The notes beneath the pieces were generated by a model, which saw nothing but the letters and a program-made list of their open reading frames with translations, ran no database searches and was not told the DNA's origin. The translations under genes and the position numbers were made by a program. Positions 19,595 through 32,121 of a stretch of 64,000 nt of DNA are shown piece after piece. The DNA is from an uncultured Acidobacteriaceae bacterium (GTDB lineage: Bacteria; Acidobacteriota; Terriglobia; Terriglobales; Acidobacteriaceae): contig CAVUHV010000001.1 in the NCBI GenBank assembly GCA_963741395.1, forward strand, positions 222,826-286,825, given 5' to 3'. How positions within the stretch are numbered: the stretch's first letter is position 1; the number at the start of each line of letters is the position of its first letter.

Positions 19595-20758
19595 ATGGCC
19601 CAGATATCACGAAAACTAGCACCTGTCCTGGAGAAAGCAGCCCGCCACTTCCCAGCGCTCGTTGTCACAGGACCGCGGCGCGCGGGGAAAACAACCCTCT
19701 TCCGTCACACCTTTCCGAAGGCCAAATACATTCTTTTGGAAGACCCCGATATCCAGGCGCGAGTGCGGAACGATCCCCGCGCCTTTCTTGAAGAGATCAC
19801 CCCACCAGTCATCTTCGATGAAATCCAGAATGTCCCTGAGCTATTCGACTACGTCCGCACTCTGATTGACGCCAGGCCGCGCCGCATGGGGCAGTGGCTC
19901 TTTACCGGCTCGCAGGAGGCTTCACTCATGCACGGGATTACGGAGTCGATGGCCGGCCGTGCCGCGATCCTTCAACTCCTACCGTTCAGCGTTTCGGAGA
20001 CGAGCAAAGTGAATCTCCTATACGGGGGATTTCCTGAGGTCTTGGCTCGACCGAAAGCACGCGCTTTGTGGTTCGCTTCGTATCTGCAGACCTACCTTGA
20101 ACGCGATGTTCGCGCCATCACGAATGTGCGCGATTTGGTCACCTTCCGGCGCTTCATTTCACTACTGGCAACCCGGCATGGACAGGTTCTGAACAAGACC
20201 GACCTGGCCGCTCCACTTGGCGTGTCTGTTCCCACCATTGGGGAGTGGCTACGCATCCTCGAAATGACGGGGCAGATCATCCTCGTGCCACCGTATTTCG
20301 AGAACTTCGGCAAGCGGATCATCAAGTCTCCCAAGCTGTATTGGGAGGACTCGGGTCTGGCTTGCTATCTACTGGGCATCGCGTCGCAAAGCGAGCTCGA
20401 ACGTTCGCCATTCCTCGGGCCACTGTTTGAGGGATTTGTAGCATCGGAAATCCTCAAAAGCCAGGTCAATCGGGGGGAACGCAAGGAGCTGTATTTCTTT
20501 CGCGATCAGCAGGGTCTTGAGGTGGACTTTCTGATTCCCCGACCAAATGCTGAACTATGGCCTATTGAGGTTAAAGCAAGCAAAACTGTTCGGCCAACAA
20601 TGGCTGGTCCACTACTCTCACTGCAACGCGCGATGGGCAGCCGAGCAAAGCGGCTGATTCTCGTACACCAGAGATCCAATTCCGAAGTTTCTACCGCCGC
20701 GATTGCTCCCGGAGTTGAGGCCTTGGACCTCGGTCAATTGGTCCGGGAATTGGCCTGA
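19595..20758 (+). CDS. AAA+ ATPase (AAA_14-like) with DUF4143 domain
   Basis: GPRRAGKT Walker A, FDEIQ Walker B, SPKLYW.DSG, EVDFLI...IEVK. Confidence 0.88.
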   Translation: MAQISRKLAPVLEKAARHFPALVVTGPRRAGKTTLFRHTFPKAKYILLEDPDIQARVRNDPRAFLEEITPPVIFDEIQNVPELFDYVRTLIDARPRRMGQWLFTGSQEASLMHGITESMAGRAAILQLLPFSVSETSKVNLLYGGFPEVLARPKARALWFASYLQTYLERDVRAITNVRDLVTFRRFISLLATRHGQVLNKTDLAAPLGVSVPTIGEWLRILEMTGQIILVPPYFENFGKRIIKSPKLYWEDSGLACYLLGIASQSELERSPFLGPLFEGFVASEILKSQVNRGERKELYFFRDQQGLEVDFLIPRPNAELWPIEVKASKTVRPTMAGPLLSLQRAMGSRAKRLILVHQRSNSEVSTAAIAPGVEALDLGQLVRELA

Positions 20759-20834
20759 TTCCCCGAGAGGGCTCCCTCGGCTTTCGCCACGGGATGGAGA
20801 ACACTTTACGGCGCCACGGCTGTCCGCCTTCATC

Positions 20835-20958
20835 TCTCATGTCCTCGTCGACACATGAGAAGAAGACATTCTTCTCATGATGGGAGAAGACCCGGAGCGA
20901 AGCCGCCGGTCAAGGACGTGCGCAGCACGCCGCGTGAGCGGGCATTGCTCCTTGACCG
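20835..20958. repeat. Cluster of overlapping inverted repeats
   Basis: CATGAGAAGAA/TTCTTCTCATG (20854-20879), TCTCATGT/ACATGAGA (20835-20860), CGGTCAAGGA/TCCTTGACCG (20907-20958). Confidence 0.7.
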
Positions 20959-20992
20959 CTGGTCGGAGCGGAGGGTACTCGGCCACCGATGT

Positions 20993-21373
20993 TCAGCGCC
21001 TTGCTTGGTAATCTTTGAGTCGGCCGCGAGCCACACGGACTTCCTGCTTCGTGATCTCTTCGATTGTCGCGGAGAGCAACTCTGGCGACATCTTCTGGCC
21101 CATTGCCAACGGACCAAGCACGTTTATCAACAGGAGCCGGCAAGCTGTAATTTCTTCTAGTTCCACGCTTGGCTGAGGGCCCGATTTGCCCTGTTCGATC
21201 TCGCGCAGAATTAGACCACGGATCAGCTCCGCCTGGGTCTGGTTCCTCTTCGTCGCCAAGGCTTCCAAATCCCGCAGTTCGGCCTCATTCAGCTTTGTCC
21301 CGACATGATTCACTCGGAACCGCGCCCGCCGCGCCCGTTCCGCCGGAAGGTTTTTCTCGTCGAGTAGCGCCAT
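20993..21373 (-). CDS. Small ribbon-helix-helix-like DNA-binding protein (possible relaxosome accessory protein)
   Basis: HVGTKLNEAELRDLEALATKRNQTQAELIRGLIL beta-alpha-alpha pattern; AGGAGG upstream. Confidence 0.55.
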   Translation of the reverse strand: MALLDEKNLPAERARRARFRVNHVGTKLNEAELRDLEALATKRNQTQAELIRGLILREIEQGKSGPQPSVELEEITACRLLLINVLGPLAMGQKMSPELLSATIEEITKQEVRVARGRLKDYQARR

Positions 21374-21820
21374 CGCCCAGCCCTCCTAGCTTTCCTCTTT
21401 CGACGCGTAATCGATAGGTTTCCTCACGGAACCTCGGCACGCGCTATCTATCAGATGCCAATATCGTTCCCCGTAGGAACCGTAGGTTTCCCTACAGTTC
21501 CCTGGAAGGGGTGGAGTGTCACAGTTCATCCGGTGCGCAGCACCGCGTCCGCTAACCCCCCGTTAACAACTGGCTCGCTATAGGTCCGGAATTTCCGATA
21601 GTGTCGGATTTCGTCCGGGATCTGCCCCAATTCCGACATTCCAAACCGAGCAAAGTTCCGCTGCAATATGGTGTCGTTAGCCGCCTGGCAATTGAGAGCC
21701 AATCGACGACATTTCGTGAGCTTTGGAAGTGTGGAATGTCGATTTTGGCTCGTTGAGATTTTCCTCATACATAGCTTCCGTATTCGTTCTTCCTCACTTC
21801 GCAAATTTGTACTGATTGAT

Positions 21821-22648
21821 TCAGACCTCACGCAACACCAGCCCTGAATCGAACGTGAAAGGACGACCTATTTGGGACGTGCTCGCAACAGCGATTTCCT
21901 GCACGCTCATTGGCCCCGCGAGGAACGCGTTGCGGCCGCCCCTGATAGCTGTGGCAAAGGCACTCGCCATTCGAACCGGATCAAGAGCGCGCGATACAGC
22001 TGTGTTTAGCAGTACGCCGTCGAATCCCCACTCCATCACCTGACACGCGTGAGATGGAAGACCGATACCTGCGTCTACGATAAGTGTGATCTGCGGGGCG
22101 CGTTCACGCAGCTCCCGTAAAGCGCGCGGATTGCGTGGCCCCTGGCCGGTCCCTATGGGAGCGGCCCAGGGCATTAGTACCATACATCCAGCGTCGATGA
22201 GGCGTCTGCAAAGAATCCAGTCTTCCGTGCAGTACGGCAGAACGCAGAAGCCAAGTCTTATAAGTTCGACTGCAGCTTCAACCAAACCGAATGGGTCTGG
22301 CTGCAGGTTGAGTTCGTCTCCGATCACCTCGAGTTTTACGAAGTTGGTCTCGAACAACTCCCGTGCCATGCAGGCGGTTTTTACGGCCTCGCGAGCACTG
22401 AAACACCCTGCAGTATTTGGGAGAATCGCCCGCTTGCTCTCGCGAAGCAAGTTCCAAAATGATTGACCAGAATCCTTCGAGCCGGAGATTTGGCGACGGA
22501 GAGACACTGTAAGCATTGCAGGGTCCGCGGCTGAGATCGCATCGGCCAACAGTGATGGAGAATCATATCGGGCAGTCCCGAGAAGCAGACGACTCGAAAA
22601 ACTCTGTCCATACATATTCAGCTGATCTTCCATCTGTGGTCCATTCAT
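21821..22648 (-). CDS. thiG: Thiazole synthase
   Basis: LLLGTARY, LPNTAGC, VKLEVIGD, LMPWAAPIGTGQG, DAGIGLPS; start set at ATG 22648 behind GGGAGG. Confidence 0.95.
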   Translation of the reverse strand: MNGPQMEDQLNMYGQSFSSRLLLGTARYDSPSLLADAISAADPAMLTVSLRRQISGSKDSGQSFWNLLRESKRAILPNTAGCFSAREAVKTACMARELFETNFVKLEVIGDELNLQPDPFGLVEAAVELIRLGFCVLPYCTEDWILCRRLIDAGCMVLMPWAAPIGTGQGPRNPRALRELRERAPQITLIVDAGIGLPSHACQVMEWGFDGVLLNTAVSRALDPVRMASAFATAIRGGRNAFLAGPMSVQEIAVASTSQIGRPFTFDSGLVLREV

Positions 22649-22649
22649 T

Positions 22650-22831
22650 TCAACCTCCCGCCGTAGGGTGAACGATATCGATCCTGTCTCCTGTGGAGAT
22701 AATGCATTCCTCGTAGGTTCCTCGCGGAATAACCTCTTCATTGCGCGCTACGACGAACGGAACGACTGGTGAGAGAAACCGCAGTAACGCGTCGAGGGTT
22801 CGAAGTTCAGGCACAAGGCGGGCCTTGCCAT

Positions 22832-22847
<16 letters not shown>
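22650..22847 (-). CDS. thiS: Sulfur carrier protein
   Basis: 65 aa, IVNG..., C-terminal Gly-Gly, lies between thiO and thiG. Confidence 0.93.
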
Positions 22848-25791
<2,944 letters not shown>

Positions 25792-25831
25792 TCAGCGCAG
25801 TAGATTCCACTCCCGACCCAGGAACACTTCC

Positions 25832-27445
25832 TCACCATGTCAAACTCGTGCGAAGAAGAAATACGTCCGCGTGGTGTTCATTGTTCGCCACCCCAGCGGT
25901 CATAGGGTTCCAAATGTGCTGATAACTCGGAATCAGCCTGAGCGCCGGAGTGATCGCGAAATCGTAGGAGACCTCGAGCCCATTCTCGTTTTTCACAGTG
26001 GCTGCGCCTCCGGTGAGCCCCTTGAAGTCATTTTTCAAAGGCTGACTGATTCCATCGTGATAGATTCCCAATCCAAAACTGTCGTTGGGCCTGTGATCAG
26101 AGAGGCCATAGGCAAACAACGCTACGCTCGCATCGCGCGTGATAGTGTTGGTGTCCTCTGGGGCATATCCGATGCGTCCAAACAGACCAATTCCTCTGAG
26201 TGACTGCCCGGTCCCGAGTTTCGCAGCGACCGCCTCAGGCCGATCTTTCACAAAGAGATACTGCGAAAAGTTCCCGATCGTAACCCAACTCTTTGCTTTG
26301 TAGTTGATGGGCAAAGCCTGAGCTGAAGGAGTTCCCAACAGAACTCCGACAGCCTGCGGAACTTCCGACGGCGACAACTGCCCAAACGGTGACGTCAAAT
26401 CGATCTTCGCCTTGTTCGTCCAGTTCGCCTGCCCCCAGTATTGGCCCGGCAAGTTGCCGATCTTATAGGAAAAGATTGTGATGCCGTAGATGTTTACCCG
26501 ATTGAAGGCGTTCGTGGCGAAATTATTCGCCTGGCTATTGGGATCGTACACGCCGGCAGATGCGGTAAGCCATTTTGACGGCGTCCACACCCCGATCCCT
26601 GCCCACGAGGTGGTGTTGTAAAAATTGAGGGCCATCGGATTTTTGTTGAAGTTCAGATTCGCGAAGTCATACTTGTAGCTGTTGCCGAAGAGGGTTTGGT
26701 CGGCGTGGGTGAGCACATTGACCTTTCCCATGATGACGGAGAATTTCGGCGTCAGAGACTGAAAGAGCAAATACTCCGTTGGGAGGACATCATGGACGAA
26801 GAAGGGACCTGGGAACGCAAGCCCGGTGTACTGCGGCACAGTAGCGCCCGCGGTAAAAGTATTTTGCGGTGAAGAGCTTCCATTTCTGGCTTCCAAGGTG
26901 ACGTGGATTACGCCGCCGGGCCAGAGTCCGGCGCGCCCGGTATCCAGATTCATCGAGAGCTGGGTGTTTTGTATGAAGGCGCTGCCGGTTTTGAGACCAC
27001 CTGAAGTTACATTTTGATATGCACTAACTGAGTAAAGATCAAAGAAATATCCATGACGAGCTAGATCTGTTCGAAACCCGCCCCAATCGCCACTCAATTG
27101 AGTGCGATAGCGGAAATCTATCGAGTCGGTTCCTGGAAGCCCGAACACGGGTCCGTTGTTGAGATATGGAAGGAGGTAGGGTGCCAAATTGACAACGGAA
27201 GCTTTTTTTGTTGGAACCGGGCCCCAAGAGGCAGCTGCATTCGCGCGTGAAAGCGCAGTCTTTTCTTTGACCGGATCATTGTCATGAGTTGGGTTGGCGA
27301 TCTCGTTCTGAGCCGCATCCATATCTGGCTGGCCGTCCATGTTGAGGGTTTGACCAAACAGGTTGTTTTGGGCGCACGGCGCCAGAAGTGCGAGTGCGAA
27401 AAGTACAGCTCTTCTGGCGCCTTTTGTGAACGTCGTTTTGAACAT
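25832..27445 (-). CDS. OprB-like outer-membrane porin
   Basis: Signal peptide, GDWGGFRTDL, GLWPGG, amphipathic beta strands, C-terminal Trp; start set at ATG 27445. Confidence 0.75.
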   Translation of the reverse strand: MFKTTFTKGARRAVLFALALLAPCAQNNLFGQTLNMDGQPDMDAAQNEIANPTHDNDPVKEKTALSRANAAASWGPVPTKKASVVNLAPYLLPYLNNGPVFGLPGTDSIDFRYRTQLSGDWGGFRTDLARHGYFFDLYSVSAYQNVTSGGLKTGSAFIQNTQLSMNLDTGRAGLWPGGVIHVTLEARNGSSSPQNTFTAGATVPQYTGLAFPGPFFVHDVLPTEYLLFQSLTPKFSVIMGKVNVLTHADQTLFGNSYKYDFANLNFNKNPMALNFYNTTSWAGIGVWTPSKWLTASAGVYDPNSQANNFATNAFNRVNIYGITIFSYKIGNLPGQYWGQANWTNKAKIDLTSPFGQLSPSEVPQAVGVLLGTPSAQALPINYKAKSWVTIGNFSQYLFVKDRPEAVAAKLGTGQSLRGIGLFGRIGYAPEDTNTITRDASVALFAYGLSDHRPNDSFGLGIYHDGISQPLKNDFKGLTGGAATVKNENGLEVSYDFAITPALRLIPSYQHIWNPMTAGVANNEHHADVFLLRTSLTW

Positions 27446-27470
27446 TGGTTGTGCCTCTAGTGGGTTGGAG

Positions 27471-29144
27471 CTAGTCCACGTTGGGTACCAGCGGCCGGAG
27501 TTGATGCGCGACGCGAATGGCAATTACGGTTGGTCCGTCGTTGCTGAGGGCTGCTTTGAAAGCCGACTTGATTTCCTCCGTTGTGTTGGCGGCCACTCCT
27601 ACACAACCAAAAGCCTTGGCCGTTGCGACAACATCGAGTCCAGCAGATCAAGCGCAGGCACATTAGGAGTTTTCTCAAGAACTGCGAACTCTTTGAGAAT
27701 GGCGTACTCGTCGTTGCACGGCACGATGTAGATGAGCTTTAGTTTCTGTCGAGCCGCCGTATAGAGGCTCTGTATCGAATACTGGAGAGCTCCATCACCG
27801 ATCGCAGCGATGACCGGGCGCCCGGTTCCCATCTTCTTCTGGGCAATCGCGATGCCGACCGCCGCCGGCTCTCCCCATCCGAGCCCGCCACTCGCAAAGG
27901 TGTAGTACGTACCGGGCTCGCTGATTGGCCAGCACTGGGCGAGATCCGCGAAATTAGAAGCTGTCTCGTTCACCAGAATGGCATTCGCGGGCCGCAACTC
28001 GCTCAATGCGGCGAATGCCTCAAGGGCCGTCAAGGGACTATTCGGTGGCGATGGAAGTTTTCGTTCGATGTGTGGTGCCGCAGGAGCGGGCCGCGACTTC
28101 ACTTCCGGGATTGCATCATTCAATGCCTCCAGGGCCAGCTTTGCGTCTGCCAACAGGCTGTCTCCTACGATAGCGGCGGCCGCGTCGTAGGGGTCATTGG
28201 TGATCTGCAAGAGTTCAGAACCCTCGGGAAGGTACTCTCCTGCAACGTAGGGGTAATACCGGAAGACCTGGGCTCCAACCACGATGATCAGGTCATGGCC
28301 GCGAAGCTTTTTGCTCAGTGGCCCAATCGCAATCGGGGCCATGCCTCGAAACTGCGGATGAGTTTGGGGGAAGGACGCTTTCTCGGATAGCGGCGTCATA
28401 TACACCGGAGCCCTCAAGCGCTCAGCAAACTTGATGCCGGCATCCCAGGCGCCTGCGCGCTCGATCTCAGGTCCATAAAGCAACACTGGATTTCTACTCT
28501 TCCGAATCTTTTCAGCAAAATGAGCAAGCCGCTCAGGGTCTGGCGAGTACCGCGAGCTTACAGTTCGGATGACCGCCTCTCCCAGAGCCGGCTTGTCCCA
28601 ATCGTCGAGCGGAATCGATAGGTAGACCGGGCCTGCGGGCGGTTGCAGAGCGACCGTATAGGCCCTCATGATTGCTCCGGGGACGTCTTGTGCCCTCAAA
28701 GGTTGATATGCCCACTTAACCCAGGGCTTCGGCAGGGTCGTCTCTCGCGGTTCGTAAGAAGCGGATCGCAAAGGATGATCTCGCGTGTCTGTTGACCCGC
28801 CGTAATGATGAGAGGCGTTTTATTCAGGAAGGCCGTCATGATGTTGCCCATGCCGTGCCCGGTTCCCGCTGACGTATGCAGATTCAGCAGCACTGGCTTT
28901 CCAGTAGCCTGAGCAAAGCCGTCTGCCATAGCCACGGCGGTCGCCTCCTGCAGCCCGAGTACATATTCGAAGTCGGCCGGGAGGTTCTAAGAAACGGCTG
29001 CTCCGTCGACCCCGGGTTTCCGAAAATCGTTGTCAATCCCAGCTTCCGTAAGAGGTTGTACGTAACATCCCAGACGGTCGGCTGCGTTTCGCGTCGCTCA
29101 TCATTGAGCGCCTCGAGAACTTCGGTTTGGCTATTTCTGCTCAT
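27471..29144 (-). pseudogene. mdlC: ThDP-dependent benzoylformate-decarboxylase-like enzyme, three -1 frameshifts
   Basis: FGNPGSTE, LGLQEA, NLHTSAG, GDGALQY; frames shift at about 28988, 28744 and 27642; restored C-terminus PGLDVVATAKAFG...GPTVIAI stops at 27471. Confidence 0.8.
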
Positions 29145-29248
29145 TTCCAAATCTCCTTATGCGGTGTCCGGCTCTTCGGCGTTCGATCGTCACGAAGTGC
29201 TTCTGTAATCCTGAACAAATGGTGACAAGTTCCCGGAATTTTGAAAAT

Positions 29249-29274
29249 GTGAGCAACGGTCAGCTCACGGTGAT
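29249..29274. promoter_or_regulatory. Palindromic operator-like site GTGAGC-N8-GCTCAC, copy 1
   Basis: GTGAGCAACGGTCAGCTCACGGTGAT; 24/26 identical to 31939-31964. Confidence 0.65.
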
Positions 29275-29282
29275 GAGCTAAC

Positions 29283-29402
29283 GTGCTGCGCCACTCGTTT
29301 GCCACGCACCCCGCTCAATGCCGGCATCAATCCACGCAGCATTCGGCTCCTGGTCGGCCATCGCGATCCCGAGACTACGTCCCAGTGCCTGCATCACTGT
29401 TG
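29283..29402 (+). pseudogene. C-terminal remnant of a second tyrosine recombinase
   Basis: LRHSFATH, frameshift, then LNAGINPRSIRLLVGHRDPETTSQCLH; Cys at the catalytic Tyr position. Confidence 0.7.
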
Positions 29403-29757
29403 AGGAAAGGAATAGAACGACATGAAGGGACATCGGCTCGAAATGGCCAATGTCCCTTCATGATCAGGACTCACCGCCTGGTCGGTATTGCAGTATGCAA
29501 AGCGTTCCGGAGCTCGTTTTGTCCTTTCCGATTCGATTTGGGTTTAGAGCCAGCTTCTTTGCCACGAGCCCAACGGAGTCAATGGATACTTGTAGTCGCC
29601 CGGCGTCTTCGAGATCTCGACCATTTTCTTGACGCCGGTATAGCACCCATTGGCGTATCGACAACGAATCCATCGGGATCCCTACCGCATCGTCCAGCGC
29701 ACAGCGGTGATCCCTCGCCGCCTAGGCTCCAGGCCAGCAGGAAACGTTAAAGTAGGT

Positions 29758-30696
29758 TCAAAACGTCAGCTTGCCACGGGCACGCAGTTCGCCGGGCAGC
29801 AGCGCGTTGTAAATGAACTCGTGCACCGGGGTTGGAAAATTCCTGGCGCGTCCTATTCGGACGACCGCCCCGCTCTGTGCTTCGAGTTCCGACGGCCGGC
29901 CCGCGATCGGATCCGCGCTGCATCGAGGCTGTGCCGTCGGGCGGCAACGACTCGGCGAGTTTCATCGTTTCTGCCACGGAATCTGCCCCGCGCCGGAATG
30001 CCGCAGGCGCGCGCCAGGCCCACTATCTCCTGCATCGCGCGCTCGAGCAGCGATCTGGCCTCGGGCACACTCCGCATCACGCCGGCCGGCGCCTGTGTCA
30101 CTGCTCCCACCCCGCCAAATGAAGCGGTGAACTCGAACTTCTCCCAAAGCGCAACCTGGATATTATCGGGTACCCGCGTCTGTAGTTCTGCGGTAGTGAG
30201 GCATTCGACCAATTTCTCCAGCCGTGGTGTACGTGCATTGTTCCGCTCCCCGAGGGTGATCACGGCTTTGGACCCAGCATGCCGGACGACGCCTGGCGCG
30301 ATAACCATGGCCAAGATATGACACAATCCGTCCAGCACAAGCCCTGAACCGAGCACAGCCGTCAGTTGGTCGTAAGCCTCTACGCCGTTTTGCAAGGGGA
30401 CAACCACAGTTTCCGGCCCAACTATGCCGCGAATCTGCTGCGCTGCTTCCGTCACCTGCCAGGCTTTGGTGGTAACGAAGACGGCGTCCACGTGCCCCAC
30501 TGCTGCGGGATCGCTGGTCGCTTGGACCTCTGGCAGCGCAAAATCGCCCAGCGGACTTTCTATGCGCAAGCCGTTCTCTGCGCAGCACTGCGAGCATCGC
30601 GCCTCGGGCAAGGAAGATAACGTCGTTCCCAGCCTTCGCCAACCGGCCTCCAAAGTAGCTTCCCAAAGCGCCGATTCCGATAAATGCAATCCTCAT
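29758..30696 (-). pseudogene. panE: 2-dehydropantoate 2-reductase family, at least three frameshifts
   Basis: MRIAFIGIGALGSYFGG, VVPLQNGV, LWEKF, TASMQR and HEFIY fall in different frames. Confidence 0.8.
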
Positions 30697-30698
30697 GA

Positions 30699-30926
30699 TC
30701 AGTCCTCCATGAAATTCATTGTTTTCCCTGGCTTATGACCCTTCGCCTCCGGGAGTGAATGGCAACGGCGCCTTGTACTGCCTTCACCGTAATAAACGTC
30801 GACAAAATTTACTCCGGCGGTGTGAACCCGGACGAGTACTTCTCCCGCCTGGGGTACCCGGTTAGGAAGTACGCGTAATTTCGAGGACCTCAGATCCCCT
30901 GTCGATCGAACCTGGATCGCTTTCAT
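30699..30926 (-). pseudogene. N-terminal stub of a zeta-crystallin/quinone oxidoreductase
   Basis: MKAIQV...GEVLVRVHTAGVNFVD; shifted frame gives YKAPLPFTPGGEG; the rest of the gene is absent. Confidence 0.7.
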
Positions 30927-30952
30927 CCCTTACTTCTTTCGCAGTAAATCGG

Positions 30953-31883
30953 TCATCCTTTCTTTGGGAAAAGGAACTGCATTTGGAATCTTGCGGACCA
31001 GTGTGTCGTGCCATCCGGGTACTCCGCGTTTCGAAAAACTTGGGTATAGATGTTCACAGGCATTTTTTAAAAACGGACGATCTTTCCGACTCCACCACCG
31101 ATGGGAACTACCCATCGGTGGGATCGTTGTTTCTCCCAATCTGCGGTGACAACCGGTGAGGATGTGAGATACCACCCGTGACGAAAGTTGTAGTTTACGA
31201 ATGGCTGCATCACCATCTGATTGACGTCTGCTCGCGCCGAGGGTCCCGCCACAGAGAATACGTTGTTCACAAGCGTCCCAAACAACCAGTGCCCTTGGCT
31301 TTTGAGAACAACAGCAGTGGGGCCTATGCTGAGTTTCTTTGTTCCAAGTATGTTTTCTGAGGCTGTAGGAATGGAAAGGATTGGTCCCGCACCCCAAATG
31401 ATGTGATGGAAAGCCCTTGACGGTGACAGAAACAATGACAGGCTGACGTCTCCTATCCCGGTCACACCGCTTACGCGAGAGGTAAGGTCGGGCACCTGGA
31501 TTACCGGAATAATAGTTCGGGTAACTAGATTCCAATCATTTCGACAACTTGATTGGGACGACAGGCTTCACCTGCAGGACGTAGCTGTCGTCCTTTTTAA
31601 TTCCTGTTTGAGGGTTGAAATCGTTCTCGAACGGCACTGAAATTAAGCGCGCGATCGGATTTTGCGCTTGCTTCGGCTACGTTCTGAGCTCTCCTGTGCC
31701 TGAGTTGGTTGGACACCGGCAATTATGGTCAAGCTCATCAGGATGATTTCGCATGTTGCCCGTATAGAGATGCGGCGCACCGACGCCTTTGCATCGATTG
31801 CAGTCATATGCAGCGAATCGTTACATACCCATACCCTAGAGGCGTTCGCGTCTCGGTTCGAGAATACTTTTCGAAATTGCTCC
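30953..31883 (-). pseudogene. Putative outer-membrane beta-barrel protein, broken
   Basis: AQNPIARLISVPFEN, DWNLVTRTIIPV, GPTAVVL, QPFVNYNF, C-terminal QMQFLFPK; two frameshifts and an in-frame TAA at 31067. Confidence 0.65.
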
Positions 31884-31938
31884 ATCGTTTTCTCCTGTCT
31901 CAATCGCAAGATTCGCACTTGCGCGAAACCAAGGGAAC

Positions 31939-31964
31939 GTGAGCAACAGTTAGCTCACGGTGAT
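31939..31964. promoter_or_regulatory. Palindromic operator-like site GTGAGC-N8-GCTCAC, copy 2
   Basis: GTGAGCAACAGTTAGCTCACGGTGAT in the divergent intergenic region. Confidence 0.65.
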
Positions 31965-32121
31965 CGGGGATGAGCCAAATGGACCGCCAAAGCTTCCGAA
32001 GGCGGTCATTGCCAACAGTTGTGGTTATGACGACCGAGGCCGATTCGGTTGTGGGCTCGGGGTGTTCTCAAGCCTGTCGATAGATGGAATCGCCGGTGTA
32101 TGATGCCGAAGATGGCCTGGC

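Noticed and set aside
21526-21831. Possible thiE downstream of thiG
   Set aside because: No thiamine-phosphate synthase motifs; unrecognisable 101-aa ORF
29420-29720. Possible gene fragment downstream of panE
   Set aside because: Short open stretches in several frames, none assignable
29283-29750. 155-aa ORF starting LRHSFATH
   Set aside because: Only the first 9 codons are recombinase-like; homology continues in another frame, so it is a remnant
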